Below are positions 24,968 through 36,808 of a stretch of 36,808 nt of DNA, one piece after another. The notes under the pieces were generated by a model. That model saw only the letters and a list, made by a program, of their open reading frames with translations. It made no database searches and was not told where the DNA came from. Origin of the DNA: Tubiluchus corallicola (lineage: Eukaryota > Animalia > Priapulida); assembly GCA_030141605.1 (NCBI GenBank), contig JAQGDQ010001516.1:1-36808 (forward strand). Direction: 5' to 3'. Made by a program: the position numbers and the translations under genes. Position 1 is the stretch's first letter. Every line of letters starts with the position of its first letter.

Positions 24968-25290
24968 GTTACAATCACATTGCTGTGTCGTCGTTTTTGG
25001 GCGAGGCTCCTATGCCCGAGAAACTTTAGTTGCTGAATTCTCAAAATTTTTACGTTTTACTCATTAATGTAGCATCATCGCTGCCTTTAAAAATGAAAAC
25101 TAGTTTTTTCTATAAACCCAATTTTGATAACTTGCCAATAATGCTAAATCTTACTGAAGCTAAACACCTGTTAGTTTCACGCAGGTCTTCGTGTTCCATC
25201 GTGGGAACACAACAGCTGTAATTATTTTGATGATAATAATAGTTGTCATAAGAACCATGTCATTTTTTTGTACCAATTTGTACATGTCAA

Positions 25291-25312
25291 GGTGATTTCA
25301 GTTTCATATAAA
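25291..25312 (+). promoter_or_regulatory. Putative PGRP core promoter: ISRE/IRF-like TTTCAGTTTC abutting a TATA box
   Basis: ggtgaTTTCAGTTTCaTATAAA: TTTCNNTTTC at 25296-25305 and TATAAA at 25307-25312, ~100 bp upstream of the ATG. Mirror at 11485-11506. Confidence 0.5.
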
Positions 25313-25412
25313 TGGGCCGCAGTCCTAGTAAAAACTTCATGTTCAATTTGCTAGGCCACATATTTAGTTGAGGATAGAAAAGTACTTCTTTTCGTGTTAC
25401 CATACTATCAAC

Positions 25413-25520
25413 ATGCTGAAAGCCATAGCTATTCTTTTGTGCGCAGTTTGCGTTACAATCGACTTTTGTAAGTACTTGCAGACCTTCTTATGTTTTAACA
25501 CGTGCTCTTTTTCCTTCCTT

Positions 25521-25560
<40 letters not shown>

Positions 25561-25578
25561 GACAGTCTCTCTGTCTCT

Positions 25579-25627
<49 letters not shown>

Positions 25628-25657
25628 ATCTCTATCTCTGACAGTCTCTCTGTCTCT

Positions 25658-25700
<43 letters not shown>

Positions 25701-28700
25701 TCTATCTCTATCTCTGACAGTCTCTCTGTCTCTCTCCCCCCCTCTCTCTCTCTCTCTCTCGTTCTCTCTCTTCTCTCCCACTCTCTTTCTCTATCTATTT
25801 TCTCTCTCCTTCTCTATGTTCTTTCTCTGTTTTTCTCTCCCATCTCTCGCTCTTTCTCTCTTTCTCTCTCTATCTCTGTCTGTTTCTCTCGCTCTCCCTG
25901 TCATTCTCTCTTTTTTTCTTTTTCCCTTTCCCCCACTCTATATTCTCTCTGTGTCTCTCTTTCTCTCTCTCTCTTTCTTTAACTCCCTCCCTGCCTCCCT
26001 CTCCCTCTGACTCTCTCTTGTTCCACTCTTTTCTTTCCTTTTCTATCTCCTTCTCTCTGTATCTCTCTTTCTCTCTCACTCTCTCTCTCTCTCTGACTTT
26101 CTCTTGTTCCACTATTTTCTTTCCTTTTTCTATCCCCTTCTCTCTCTTTTTCTCCTTTTCCTTTTTCTCCCACCCCCCTCTCTCTGTGTCTGTTTCTCTT
26201 TCTCGGTTCTTTCTTTCTTTCTTTCTTTCTCTCTCGTTCTCTCTCCCTCTCCCTGTGCGTGTTTTTGTTTTTCCCCACACTCAGTTGTTAGTTAATGTTT
26301 GTAACCTGCAGTATTATACATACAAACAATTAAATGTACATGCAGTATAATATTCCTCTTTTTAGTACTAATGGTAATATCAGCTTTGTTTATTTACAGG
26401 TAATGGCCAGTGTAACTATGTGACAAGAGCACAATGGTAATATCAGCTCTGTTTGTTTACAGGTAATGGCCAGTGTAACTATGTGACAAGAGCACAGTGG
26501 TAATATCAGCTCTGTTTGTTTACAGGTAATGGCCAGTGTAACTATGTGACAAGAACACAATGGTAATATCAGCTCTGTTTGTTTACAGGTAATGGTCAGT
26601 GTAACTATGTGACAAGAGCACAATGGTAATATCAGCTCTGTTTGTTTACAGGTAATGGTCAGTGTAACTATGTGACAAGAGCACAATGGTAATATCAGCT
26701 CTGTTTGTTTACAGGTAATGGCCAGTGTAACTATGTGACAAGAGCACAATGGTAATATCAGCTCTGTTTGTTTACAGGTAATGGCCAGTGTAACTATGTG
26801 ACAAGAGCACAATGGTAATGTCAGCTCTGTTTGTTTACAGGTAATGGCCAGTGTAACTATGTGACAAGAGCACAATGGTAATATCAGCTCTGTTTGTTTA
26901 CAGGTAATGGCCAGTGTAACTATGTGACAAGAGCACAATGGTAATGTCAGCTCTGTTTGTTTACAGGTAATGGCCAGTGTAACTATGTGACAAGAACACA
27001 ATGGTAATATCAGCTCTGTTTGTTTACAGGTAATAGCCAGTGTAACTATGTGACAAGAACACAATGGTAATGTCAGCTCTGTTTGTTTATAGGTAATGAC
27101 CAGTGTAACTATGTGACAAGAGCACAATGGTAATATCAGCTCTGTTTGTTTACAGGTAATGGCCAGTGTAACTATGTGACAAGAGCACAATGGGGAGCAA
27201 GGGCACCTTCATGTTCCAGTTGGATGTCAACCCCAGTTAGAAAGTTTTTCATTCACCACACAGTTGGAAATGTTTGCTACACGCAGAGTGCGTGCTCTGC
27301 TGAGATGAGAAACATTCAAAACTACCACATGAATTCACAAGGTTGATAATTTTCTCTTTTTCTCGTGTTTTAACAAAGAAATTTTTCAGAATTTAGGAAC
27401 AACTTCGAATTACTGATAATTTAACAGTTTACTAACGTATTGTGATTAGTATGCAACTGTTTAACACACTACAACGCTGTTAAATTATCATACATCATTT
27501 GGCTGTTAACTACTGAATTGTATTTCGAAGTTGTTTCTAAATTCTGGTAAATTTCGATGTTTTAGATAGCTTGATAATGGATAGTAGTGTATCAAGGCAC
27601 ATAAAACAAAGAAATTTACCAGAATTTTGAAACAACTTCGAAATACAATTCTCTAGTTAACAGCCAAATGATGAATGAGAATTTAACAGCCCTGTAGTGT
27701 GTTAAACAGTTGCATGCTAATCACAATACCTGGTCTTAAGGTAAACTCTTAAATTAAATATTAATGATATAATATGCAGACAATCTAACAGTTTACCTTA
27801 CAGACTACGTATTGTGATTGGTATGAAGCTATTTAACACACCACAATGCATTGCGTACGCAATGCAATGCACATATTACATTGCGTATGTTTTACATCAT
27901 ACACCATTTGGCTACTAACTACTGAAATGTATTTCGAAGTTGTTTCTAAATTCTGGTAAATTTCGATGTTTTAGATGCCTTGATAATGAAGAGTTTTGTA
28001 TAAAACCGATTGGCAATAAATTCTATTTTGAAGATCTTGTTAAACGTATTAAGTGTTACTTTAGCGTTGCTAACTTTTTTACACCTCTGACACTGTCTAC
28101 CACAGCACAAATTCAATGGCACAGCCCTGTTACACCCTACACGTATCAGACTACCTTATTACAATAAGCCTTTTCACAGTTCCGACGATTGATGATGATC
28201 GTTAGAAGGTCAAAGGTTAAGTGTACCAGGCAACGCATTTGTGTACACTTGACAATGCCTCGCAACCCAAGCTATTGTAATAGTAACCATTTTAACAGCT
28301 AGTTAAGACCTCACATAATTCATTTTTTCTTGTTTCCAAGCAAGATCCTGCTAGTAAATTACTCTGCGCATAGACTAATGCATAATTAAATAAATTCCAC
28401 GTAAAATATCTGAAGTTACTGAACTGATGTTCTGCGTTGCCCACATCATCATCATAGCTGGAGTCACACATCATCTGACACGACCCTCCTAATCACTTTA
28501 GTCCATGCTGCCCTGTCACCCACAACCTCCCATTTCTCTGTATTTTTGATATCCAATGTCACGTCATGTACATATGTTGTGTTTTGCTTCTCTCGGACGG
28601 CTCGTAGAGAAAACAAGAAAACACTTCATCAAATTAAACTAGTTTATTATGCGAGAATTCTACAACACAAAAGTATGAAGGAACGTGAAATGTTTACAGC

Positions 28701-30624
28701 AAAAGTGAAAATCTGGAAACGTGAAAGTGTATCTGAGAATATGAGAACACACTCCAGCTACCAGCTCCGCCTTATATATCAGTGCAATGAACAATCTAGA
28801 AAGTACTACGCGCATCGCGTATAGAAAGTTCTTGAAACTTCTACAAGGTAAGAAGATTGTTCTACTATAACTATAGAATATTTTAGTGGATCTCCACAAC
28901 AATATGTCACCTGACGATTGTAGTTAAGACGCGTTGCTGTGGTACACTTAATCTTTGATCTACCGCAACTGCACATGCGCACAATGAAACTATGAAAAGG
29001 TTCATTGCGACTTAAATCAACCACAGATCTACGTACCACACACATATATATTTGCTAGTCATCGGTAGTTGTGGTTGGTCTTACTGTCCTTAATGGCATT
29101 ATCAGCTTACTCAAAACTCAGAAAAGTTTTTGAGAATAGAAAGATTTCTTTGGAAACAAAAATTAGAATATTCTCAGCCTTAGTTGACGCCGTTTAAGAT
29201 GGATTGGGCCTATGCTTAGACTACCTGATGATATTCCAGTGAAGATAGCTCTTCAACAAGCCATAGAACCAGCTAAAAAACCTGCAGGAGGACAAATGTC
29301 AACATATTTCGATTTTGCACAGAAAGATTTAAACACTTCAGCATTGATCCTTAGAAATAAGTGCACTTGGGGCATTGCAGCGTGTAGGAAGTCCTGGCAT
29401 AGGGAGGTGAGCAGAATCATGTCCCTGGACATGTGATTCATTGGACAACATTACTGTGTTTTGTGACTTTTCTGAATTATTATATGGCTGAAACCCTCTT
29501 ATTCATCTATGTTATTAAACAATTTTTATTTGCCGAATTTTTGCTTCCATGTACATACGATGTTTACCTTTGTAATTCTCATGAACAGCACATAATAGTT
29601 AGTTCATTTAGGCTACAAAATCAAGAACATGACAGTTTATTTGTGTAATTGTTCTGTAGGCTGGTGCGACATTGGTTACAGCTGGTTGGTAGGGGGCGAT
29701 GGTCAAATCTATGAAGGGCGTGGATGGAACACAGTTGGCGCTCATACATCGGGTCACAACAGCGATTCTCTTGCTCTCTCATTTATGGGAAATTACGACT
29801 CTGTTAACGCTCCATCTAACATGCTTAATGCAGCAAAGACATGGATAAACTGTGCTGTTCAACTGGTAAGTATTTACAGCAGGGGTGTGCAAATTATCTG
29901 ACTAGCCGGGCCACATGAAACTTTCCCACAATTCCTGCAGGCCACATGCTGTTTGGTCAAGGAGCCAAGTGCAGAAAGGCCTAATAACGATTTTTTTGCA
30001 TCCGACGTGCGTACATCATTACTACTGCACTCAAGGAACTATTTTAGAAGTTATTAAAATTTATATTACAAACCATATATTTCTACTTTTAGGACAGATA
30101 GTGGTAATTTCATTACAATGCATATTAGTAATGTGTATCACACAGTCTGCGTAGTACAGTGACATTAAGCTACAACCGTCTTGTAAGGGTTAATGGCATC
30201 CGATCTAGTAGAAAAAACTACCCGCACTATCTTTGGGATCACGGCACGGACTTCAGCTGGATACACTCAATTAATCGCCCGGGCCGCACTTTCATTAGGT
30301 TGACAATCTCTTGTCTGCGGGCCACACAAATGCTCTCGGCGGGCCGCAATTTGCACACCCCTGATTTACAGCTTGCAGGTTGACGGTGTGGACAACTAGA
30401 GGTGTTCCAAGAAGCTCTACTTTTCCTAATTATATCCTTTTCTACCAATAATAATTATAATATCCTAATATTACGTAACAAAATGTCTGTATTCATTTTT
30501 TCAGAACAAGCTAAGTTCATCTTACACCCTGCATGGTCATCGGGACGCTGGTGCTACAGCCTGCCCAGGTCAACAATTATACAATGAAATCCGAACTTGG
30601 GAAAACTTTGGCGGACCAATTTAG
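25413..30624 (+). CDS. PGRP: Short secreted peptidoglycan recognition protein (Amidase_2 / N-acetylmuramoyl-L-alanine amidase type), 188 aa, 4 exons, right-arm copy
   Basis: Exons 25413-25467, 27156-27341, 29660-29865, 30505-30624; all introns GT-AG with consistent phases (1,1,0), 567 nt total. Protein: MLKAIAILLCAVCVTIDFCNG-QCNYVTRAQWGARAP...FFIHHTVG...[39 protein letters not shown]...FMGNY...LHGHRDAGATACPGQQLYNEIRTWENFGGPI*. Contains the canonical PGRP motifs. Confidence 0.95.
26370..27193 (+). repeat. 63-bp minisatellite, 13 units, each containing the PGRP intron-1 acceptor plus the first 37 nt of exon 2
   Basis: Unit gtaatatcagctctgtttgtttacag|GTAATGGCCAGTGTAACTATGTGACAAGAGCACAATG. First acceptor junction at 26400, true exon at 27156 (12 x 63 apart). 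Array ends share AATGG microhomology. Confidence 0.97.
29091..29445 (+). mobile_element. Internally deleted RTE fragment in PGRP intron 2, right-arm copy
   Basis: Mirror of 7352-7706. Confidence 0.85.
29880..30363. mobile_element. Non-autonomous hAT (Charlie-like) element in PGRP intron 3
   Basis: 16-bp TIR CAGGGGTGTGCAAATT; perfect 8-bp TSD ATTTACAG; subterminal CGGGCC motifs; starts 14 bp after the exon-3 end. Confidence 0.92.
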
Positions 30625-31003
30625 TAGCATTGCGTTTGAAAAAGTAGTTCTTAATCACGCAGCAAATCTTTCTTTTCGACGACTTTTTCGTTTGGATATC
30701 CTTATGATTGCCAATAATATTTTGATTTCCAAAATTTGTACATTAGTCTTATCACTGTTGGAGACTTCTGACAAAATACCAAATCCTTATCTTTCCTGCC
30801 TATAATAAGAGCATCGTGAGCCTAGTGAGGAAAGGTAAAGACAGACTATTGTGTTAGGAGTCTCTAGAGATGGTAAGACTAAAGAATAATGATTCCAACG
30901 AAGACAATAGTAAGGCTAATTCCGATAATAGTAAAGAAAATCAGAATTATACTTGAATGAAATTTTGATAATTGAAGATGACTGCAGATGAGATTTTTTG
31001 CTC

Positions 31004-31009
31004 AATAAA
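31004..31009 (+). terminator. Candidate PGRP polyadenylation signal
   Basis: First AATAAA noticed downstream of the stop (~380 bp). Mirror at 5788-5793. Confidence 0.35.
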
Positions 31010-31400
31010 AGATGAAATTATAGACGATGATTTGGGCAATATTTTTCCAAGACAGTGTCTTGAATTAGTTTTTGGGGAAGTGTCTTCTCATTACAGTTTG
31101 ACAGCATAAATAATGTGAAAATCGATATGACAATAACAATAAGCAAACCAGTATCGTGTGTAACGAGCACTAAGCTGCCCTATTATTGTGAAATTTTATA
31201 GTTCACAGTTGAACAAGTGCAACGAGTTCATAACGTGAGAAATAATAATAATATTATTATAATAATTATTATTATATTGTTATAATTAATATTGATTTTA
31301 TTCACAATAATATTAATAATAATAATAATAATAATGATAATAACAACAACAATAATAATAGTAACAATAACAACAACCACAATAATAATAATAATAAATA

Positions 31401-32351
31401 CTAGCAAAGGCCCCGCAAAAAAATGTTGCTTATAAATACACTTATAAACAACAATGCGCGAACATTCTACCTAGTGTTTGTTTTCGTAACGCAAAGCCAG
31501 TGCAGCAGCTTTTACTGAATTAAAGTTACAAGATTATGGACGTCACAACAATGGCTTTGCGTCAGCAGTTTTCCAAGCGAAAATTGCCGAAAATAGAACA
31601 TCTAATTAACTCGTTAGTACTTCTTTTAGTGGACGTGTACTAAAATATAGCCCACACCATCCTGTAGCCCTGTTCTTCCTCTTTCTAAAGAACCATATAT
31701 CTTCTTCCCGAGAGTCCCACCAGGCGCCGCTTGAACGTTTTTTCCGCAGGCTGTTAGGTCAAAATTTCGAAAAAATCGCGAGTTAGGTCCGAGAAAACGC
31801 CCGTTACGGGACGCCGTGGCCCTCTCGCGAATTCTAAATTTGCCTACCACACCCACCGCTAAACGGACTATCTATCCGTGGCCAGTACCACCCATGGCCC
31901 GTTCCCGTTCCCCAGATTTCAGGCGTATAACTTTTGCAAAAAACGGCCGAAAAATGGCCATTTTTGGAGGTTTTTCGCCCCCCGTTCCTCCCGGTGGGCC
32001 CGATTAAAAAAATAAATCCCCAATGGCACGACACTCTAGATCGAAACCTTTCGACTGATGTATAGATCGTCGTTAATAGTGCCGTCGTCGGAGTTGTAGC
32101 CTCGAATCTTATATATATATATAAACATATATTAAGCCCATACCAATAGAATTAATATATAGACTAGCAAAGGCCCCGCAAAAAATTTTGCATATAAATC
32201 CACTTATAATCAAAAATACGCGAACATCCTACCGTATATCTTCTTCCGAGAGTCCCACCAGGCGCCGCTTGAACATGTTCCCTGCAGGCTGTTTGGTCAG
32301 AATTTCGGAATAATCTAAATATATAACATACCAGTAGAACTAATATATAGA
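31401..32351 (-). mobile_element. Tandem Helitron-like elements, right-arm copy
   Basis: Mirror of 4446-5396. Confidence 0.7.
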
Positions 32352-32830
32352 CTAGCCAAACTGCACGCAAAAAGAATTTTGCGCGTGAACTCACAACAAT
32401 AACCCACACCACACACCAACCCACAGCTCCACTCACAACACACTACCCACACCACACCACACTCCCCACGCCACACCGCAACACAAGACCACACCACACC
32501 ACCCATTCCAATGCGTTGTCTGCTGCACTTAGCATTTGACCTTTTCACGATCATCATCAATCGCTGGAACTGTGAAAAAGCTTATTTATATTTCGATGAT
32601 GAGTAATTTATTTGGATTGTATCCATCCAATGTAATACTATGGCAGTATGCAACATTATCCATTGTAGTGGACTGAATTCGACCCAGGGGGTCGAACTCC
32701 AAGATGGCATGGCGGTCCTGATATTTCGCATCATGAAGATCCATTTTATAATTGTTGTGCAACCAATACTTAATTACAAATGTTAATGTTAATTAGCTAA
32801 ATTAATGTCTGCAAACTAGTACCTTATACC

Positions 32831-33185
32831 TGTTATAGCGTGTCATCCAACTCTCATAAAACAAAATACACAAAAACTACTCTGTACGGAGTTTATTAAC
32901 AGCACTAATAAAAATAAGTAACAAAAAATACACGTGCACAAAAATAACTAACTAACTCTACACTAGTAACAGCACTACACCCGAGGAGCACCTGTGTCAG
33001 AAATCAAGGCTGTAGTGACCTCTACACGCTTTTATACTGGCATTCCAGGTCAGCTGGCTTCTCACACCACGTGTAGGCCCAAACAAGACGTCTGGACCTA
33101 CAAGAAAGGGGTGAGTCGCTGCTGATGTGGAAGCAGGGCGTGTAGAGGTCACTACACCTGACCCGACACAGGTGCCTCCGTAACA
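32831..33185 (-). mobile_element. Solo-LTR-like element, right-arm copy
   Basis: Mirror of 3611-3965 (one substitution seen). Confidence 0.65.
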
Positions 33186-34213
33186 ATATTAATAGTAGTA
33201 GAATGCTATTAGGAGGTTTATGAAAGTGCATACTATAACAGTCTTGTCCATTCTTACTAAGACAATTTGCAAGGCACACCTCATATTACAAGGAAGCAGA
33301 CTTCAAAAGTATTAGACAAATCTATTTCTCACTATTTAACCTATACTTGAAATGCTATAAAACTTTAAACCAAATTCGAAAGCCATTTTCATTGCTAAAA
33401 AATATGGTAATGTTTCAAAATTCACCTAGAGTCTTGCATACAGAAACCGAGATCACATCACCCTCTGATGGAACGTCAATGTGGATTTTAACGCTTAATT
33501 TTAACATTAATAAAACATTTATATCTGTTTTAATAAATCAATTTTGAATGTTTATAAATCATTTTTAATATTAACAAATGAATTTTAAATGTATATAAAT
33601 GATTAACTAATATTAATAAATGCGTGGCGTTTTAATGTGCAAAAATGATTTTTTAAGTTTCACAACTGATTTATTAATATTCAACAATAAGCAACAAATT
33701 CCATTTTGACGTTCCATACGTTATTAAATGGGCAGAAATAATCAGCTCTTGTTATTACATTTAGCAGAAGCAACCCATCTTGCATCAGTAAAAAGCAATG
33801 ATGTTCTATATTCTACGTAGTACAGTCAACATCAACATATACATGAACTACTCAAATAAAATTAATTAAAGTTGACAGATAAAACGAGGACGAAAACGAG
33901 ACAAACAAAACCAAGATAATAGTATTTTATTTAAAAAAATATCAAAAAATATCACAGATAAGGGAGCTAAATGATGGGCATAAAACAGGTTTCTTTCAGA
34001 AATATAAAACAATTTCCAAATCATTGATTTCATTGTACAAAGTAGAACTCTTGTGTGTAGAGCATAGAAACATGTAAAAGAGATGGATGTACTTTCACCA
34101 CCTTAGTAGCAATGTTTCACTCTCATAACTGCAAAGCCAAACAGCAACAGCGACAGTAGTGGCGCTGCTGATGGATTGGGTCCAGCTGCATCGGTCGCTG
34201 CACCAGTTTGCTT

Positions 34214-34537
34214 CTAATGGTGGATACACCAATTGAACGACTTGACCTCATAATTGTTGCAACACGCTCTGTATATTATCTTACCATTTTTGCCGTTATT
34301 TAGTGCCAGAGAGCGGGCGCACCTCTCACACACTTCTATTGCATACCTCCCCGGAAAAGTCTTTTTTGTACAACGTCCAATATGAATGTCCACCAAAGTG
34401 TCTATACGGTAGGGGTCCCGAGTAGTAGTAGGCATCGGCTTCGGCGTCGGCTTCGGCGGTTTTTTCTTTGGACAGCCATCCGTAGTTGACAGTATCATCA
34501 GAACAAGGACAAAGGTGGCAGAACAGAATTTTACCAT
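34214..34537 (-). CDS. Secreted Pro/Lys/Thr-rich, Cys-rich small protein (107 aa), right-arm copy
   Basis: Identical mirror of 2259-2582. Confidence 0.75.
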   Translation of the reverse strand: MVKFCSATFVLVLMILSTTDGCPKKKPPKPTPKPMPTTTRDPYRIDTLVDIHIGRCTKKTFPGRYAIEVCERCARSLALNNGKNGKIIYRACCNNYEVKSFNWCIHH

Positions 34538-35852
34538 TTTCTGTTATCTGTGTAGAATATGACGAACTTAAACAAAAAGCAGTCAATATAATAGTTCGTT
34601 AACTTAATATGTGAAATAGCCGTTGGCAATAGCATATTCACGTAATCATAATATCTGATCTCTCTCTTTCTCTCACTCTTTCTCTCTCACTCACTCACTC
34701 TCTCTCTCTCACACACACACGCACACATACGCACACACACATACACACACTCTCTCTCACTCAGTCACTCTCGCTCTCTCTCGCTCTCTCTCACACACAC
34801 ACACACACTCTCTCTCTCATTCAATCTCTCTCACTCACTCTCTCTTTTTCTCTCTCTCACTCTTTCTCTTTCTCACACTCACTCGCTCTCTCTCACACAC
34901 ACACACATACACATACGCACACACACACACACACACACACACGAGATCCCATACTACCCCACGAGAACTAATAGGAGAAGCGGAACACAATTTCTCTTTC
35001 TAAAAATGCGCACCGAACGAAACACAAAAAAAACATTTATCTTGGTAACGAGCACTTTATATAACAGAGTAAATCCGATCCATTAAAATTGCTGTATATA
35101 CTGAGTAAGATAATTCGTTGTATTGGTTGTGTAAAACTGATTATTGGTGTTTTAGAGATGGCTAAACTATGAAGAGTCTGATTATAAAACTACACGTTTA
35201 TTAAACATCAAACACAATAAATATAACAGATAGTAATGCCAAGCCCCCTGATCTAGCTTGCTCTGCTTCGGCTCCAGACTCAATCTACTGAGTTGGGCGC
35301 ATTACTGGGCTTATATATCGTGGTGAGCTTCGACGCATAAATTCTGAATCACTTGCTCAAGTGACACCACTCCTTAACTGGGCTTCATGCCAGTATTTAT
35401 CATAATCTAACGCTTTTAACATAGTTTAACAGGTCCTCTTTACTTACTGTATAGCAAAAGCATACATTCTATTAACAAAACCATATTAAATTTTTTTATC
35501 ATCCGTGACTTATTATGTCTTATGGCAGTACAGTGTTTTTAAAAATATCATAAAATTCTGTAAATTTCATTGTAAATTTTTGTTCTAGTAGCACTAAAAA
35601 AAGTTATGCTGTTATGAAATCTTACGTGGACTGTTTCCTTAAAGAATAAACTATACCTATCTAAAGATAAAACTGCTAAAGAATACCTTGTTGCGCATGA
35701 CGTCAGGAGAAAGTAACCTATTCCTGGCGCAGACTGGCGGAGCATTGTCTAGTCTTTCACTGGATTACGTCTGTGTTTACCTGCCTTGAAGGCAGTGTTC
35801 TTTTATTCAAGAATTCTACCTGCCCAATGTCTACAGTAGATGTAATGGGTAT

Positions 35853-35965
<113 letters not shown>

Positions 35966-36265
35966 AATGATGATGATTATGATGATGATGATGATGATGA
36001 TATGACTTTGATCTACAATTTGGCAAGTGGGCTTAGAAACTTAGTAACTGATGATACCGACATCAAGGGTAAACAATGTCTCATAATGGGTTTTTTGTCT
36101 GTAATATTACCTACATAGTTAATGGGTGGCTTCTCCCTTGCACTGTTTTGTTGAGCACGCAAATGTAGTAGACCGACAGCTGATATTTTCTCTCTCTCTT
36201 CATACTTGGAAGAGATAAATCAGTTTGCAAAGCGTTTGTTGTGAAACAGGTTAAAGAGATGTAAC

Positions 36266-36565
36266 CAGGGCCTATTTCAGCCTAAGCAAGGCCCGGGGAA
36301 GTGTGGCGCGTGAGGCCCCTTGGGGGGGGGGGCGGTGTTGTACGCCACCATGGTTGGCGCCCAGAAAATTTTTGAACTGCTAGAACGCTGTAGAAGCATT
36401 TTCGAAGAGAAAATATGGAATTATACAGTTGTTAAAGGAAAGAACAATTGAAAGAAAAACTGCTTTATTCTCAAGACCAGTCCTTAATACTTGTCAAATA
36501 GTCATATCACTGGAGGGTGACGCCCCGGGGAAGTATCCCCACTTCCCCCCCTGAAATAGGCCCTG
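36266..36565. mobile_element. Non-autonomous hAT element (MITE family A), right-arm copy
   Basis: Mirror of 244-530 with the same TIR and TSD, but 13 bp longer and with several internal substitutions. Confidence 0.92.
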
Positions 36566-36808
36566 GATGTAACCGATCTCATTTGGTCAATAATCTATCA
36601 GTAATTGCTTTGAGTAGTTATGCCAGCAGCATTTGTGTTTATTATGTAATTATATTAATAATGTTAATATATTATATTATTATAACTTTATTATTAATTC
36701 ATATATAGATTATAACACCAGTGCAAAGCTTTTGGAGAATAAGGATTTTTAACAAACCACAGACAAAGCAAAGTTCAAATAGAACTCTTTGTAATAATGA
36801 AAGTATTT

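Noticed and set aside
26437-26462. 26-nt GT...AG micro-introns separating 37-nt micro-exons in the minisatellite
   Set aside because: 26 nt is below normal metazoan intron size and 37-nt exons would shift frame; the 63-nt register is the more plausible unit.

Overview
AT-rich metazoan (probably invertebrate) nuclear DNA with spliceosomal introns. The whole window is one giant palindrome: left arm 1-17386 is the reverse complement of right arm 19412-36808 (only about 30 differences found by eye), around a ~2 kb spacer. Each arm carries a complete 4-exon, 188-aa secreted short PGRP with all amidase residues. PGRP intron 1 ends in 12 extra tandem 63-bp copies of the exon-2 splice acceptor, each one a GT...AG unit. 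Each arm also carries a 107-aa secreted Pro/Lys-rich, Cys-rich protein whose TAG stop is followed in frame by a GPI-signal-like tail, and the last exon (GDSGGP) of a chymotrypsin-like serine protease. The protease's penultimate exon lies only in the spacer and splices in frame to the right-arm exon, so spacer plus right arm looks ancestral and the left arm derived. The inner breakpoint falls inside inverted copies of a hAT MITE. The rest is hAT MITEs, RTE-LINE 3' fragments, solo-LTR-like elements, a tandem Helitron-like array and microsatellites. An assembly or polishing artefact cannot be excluded from sequence alone.
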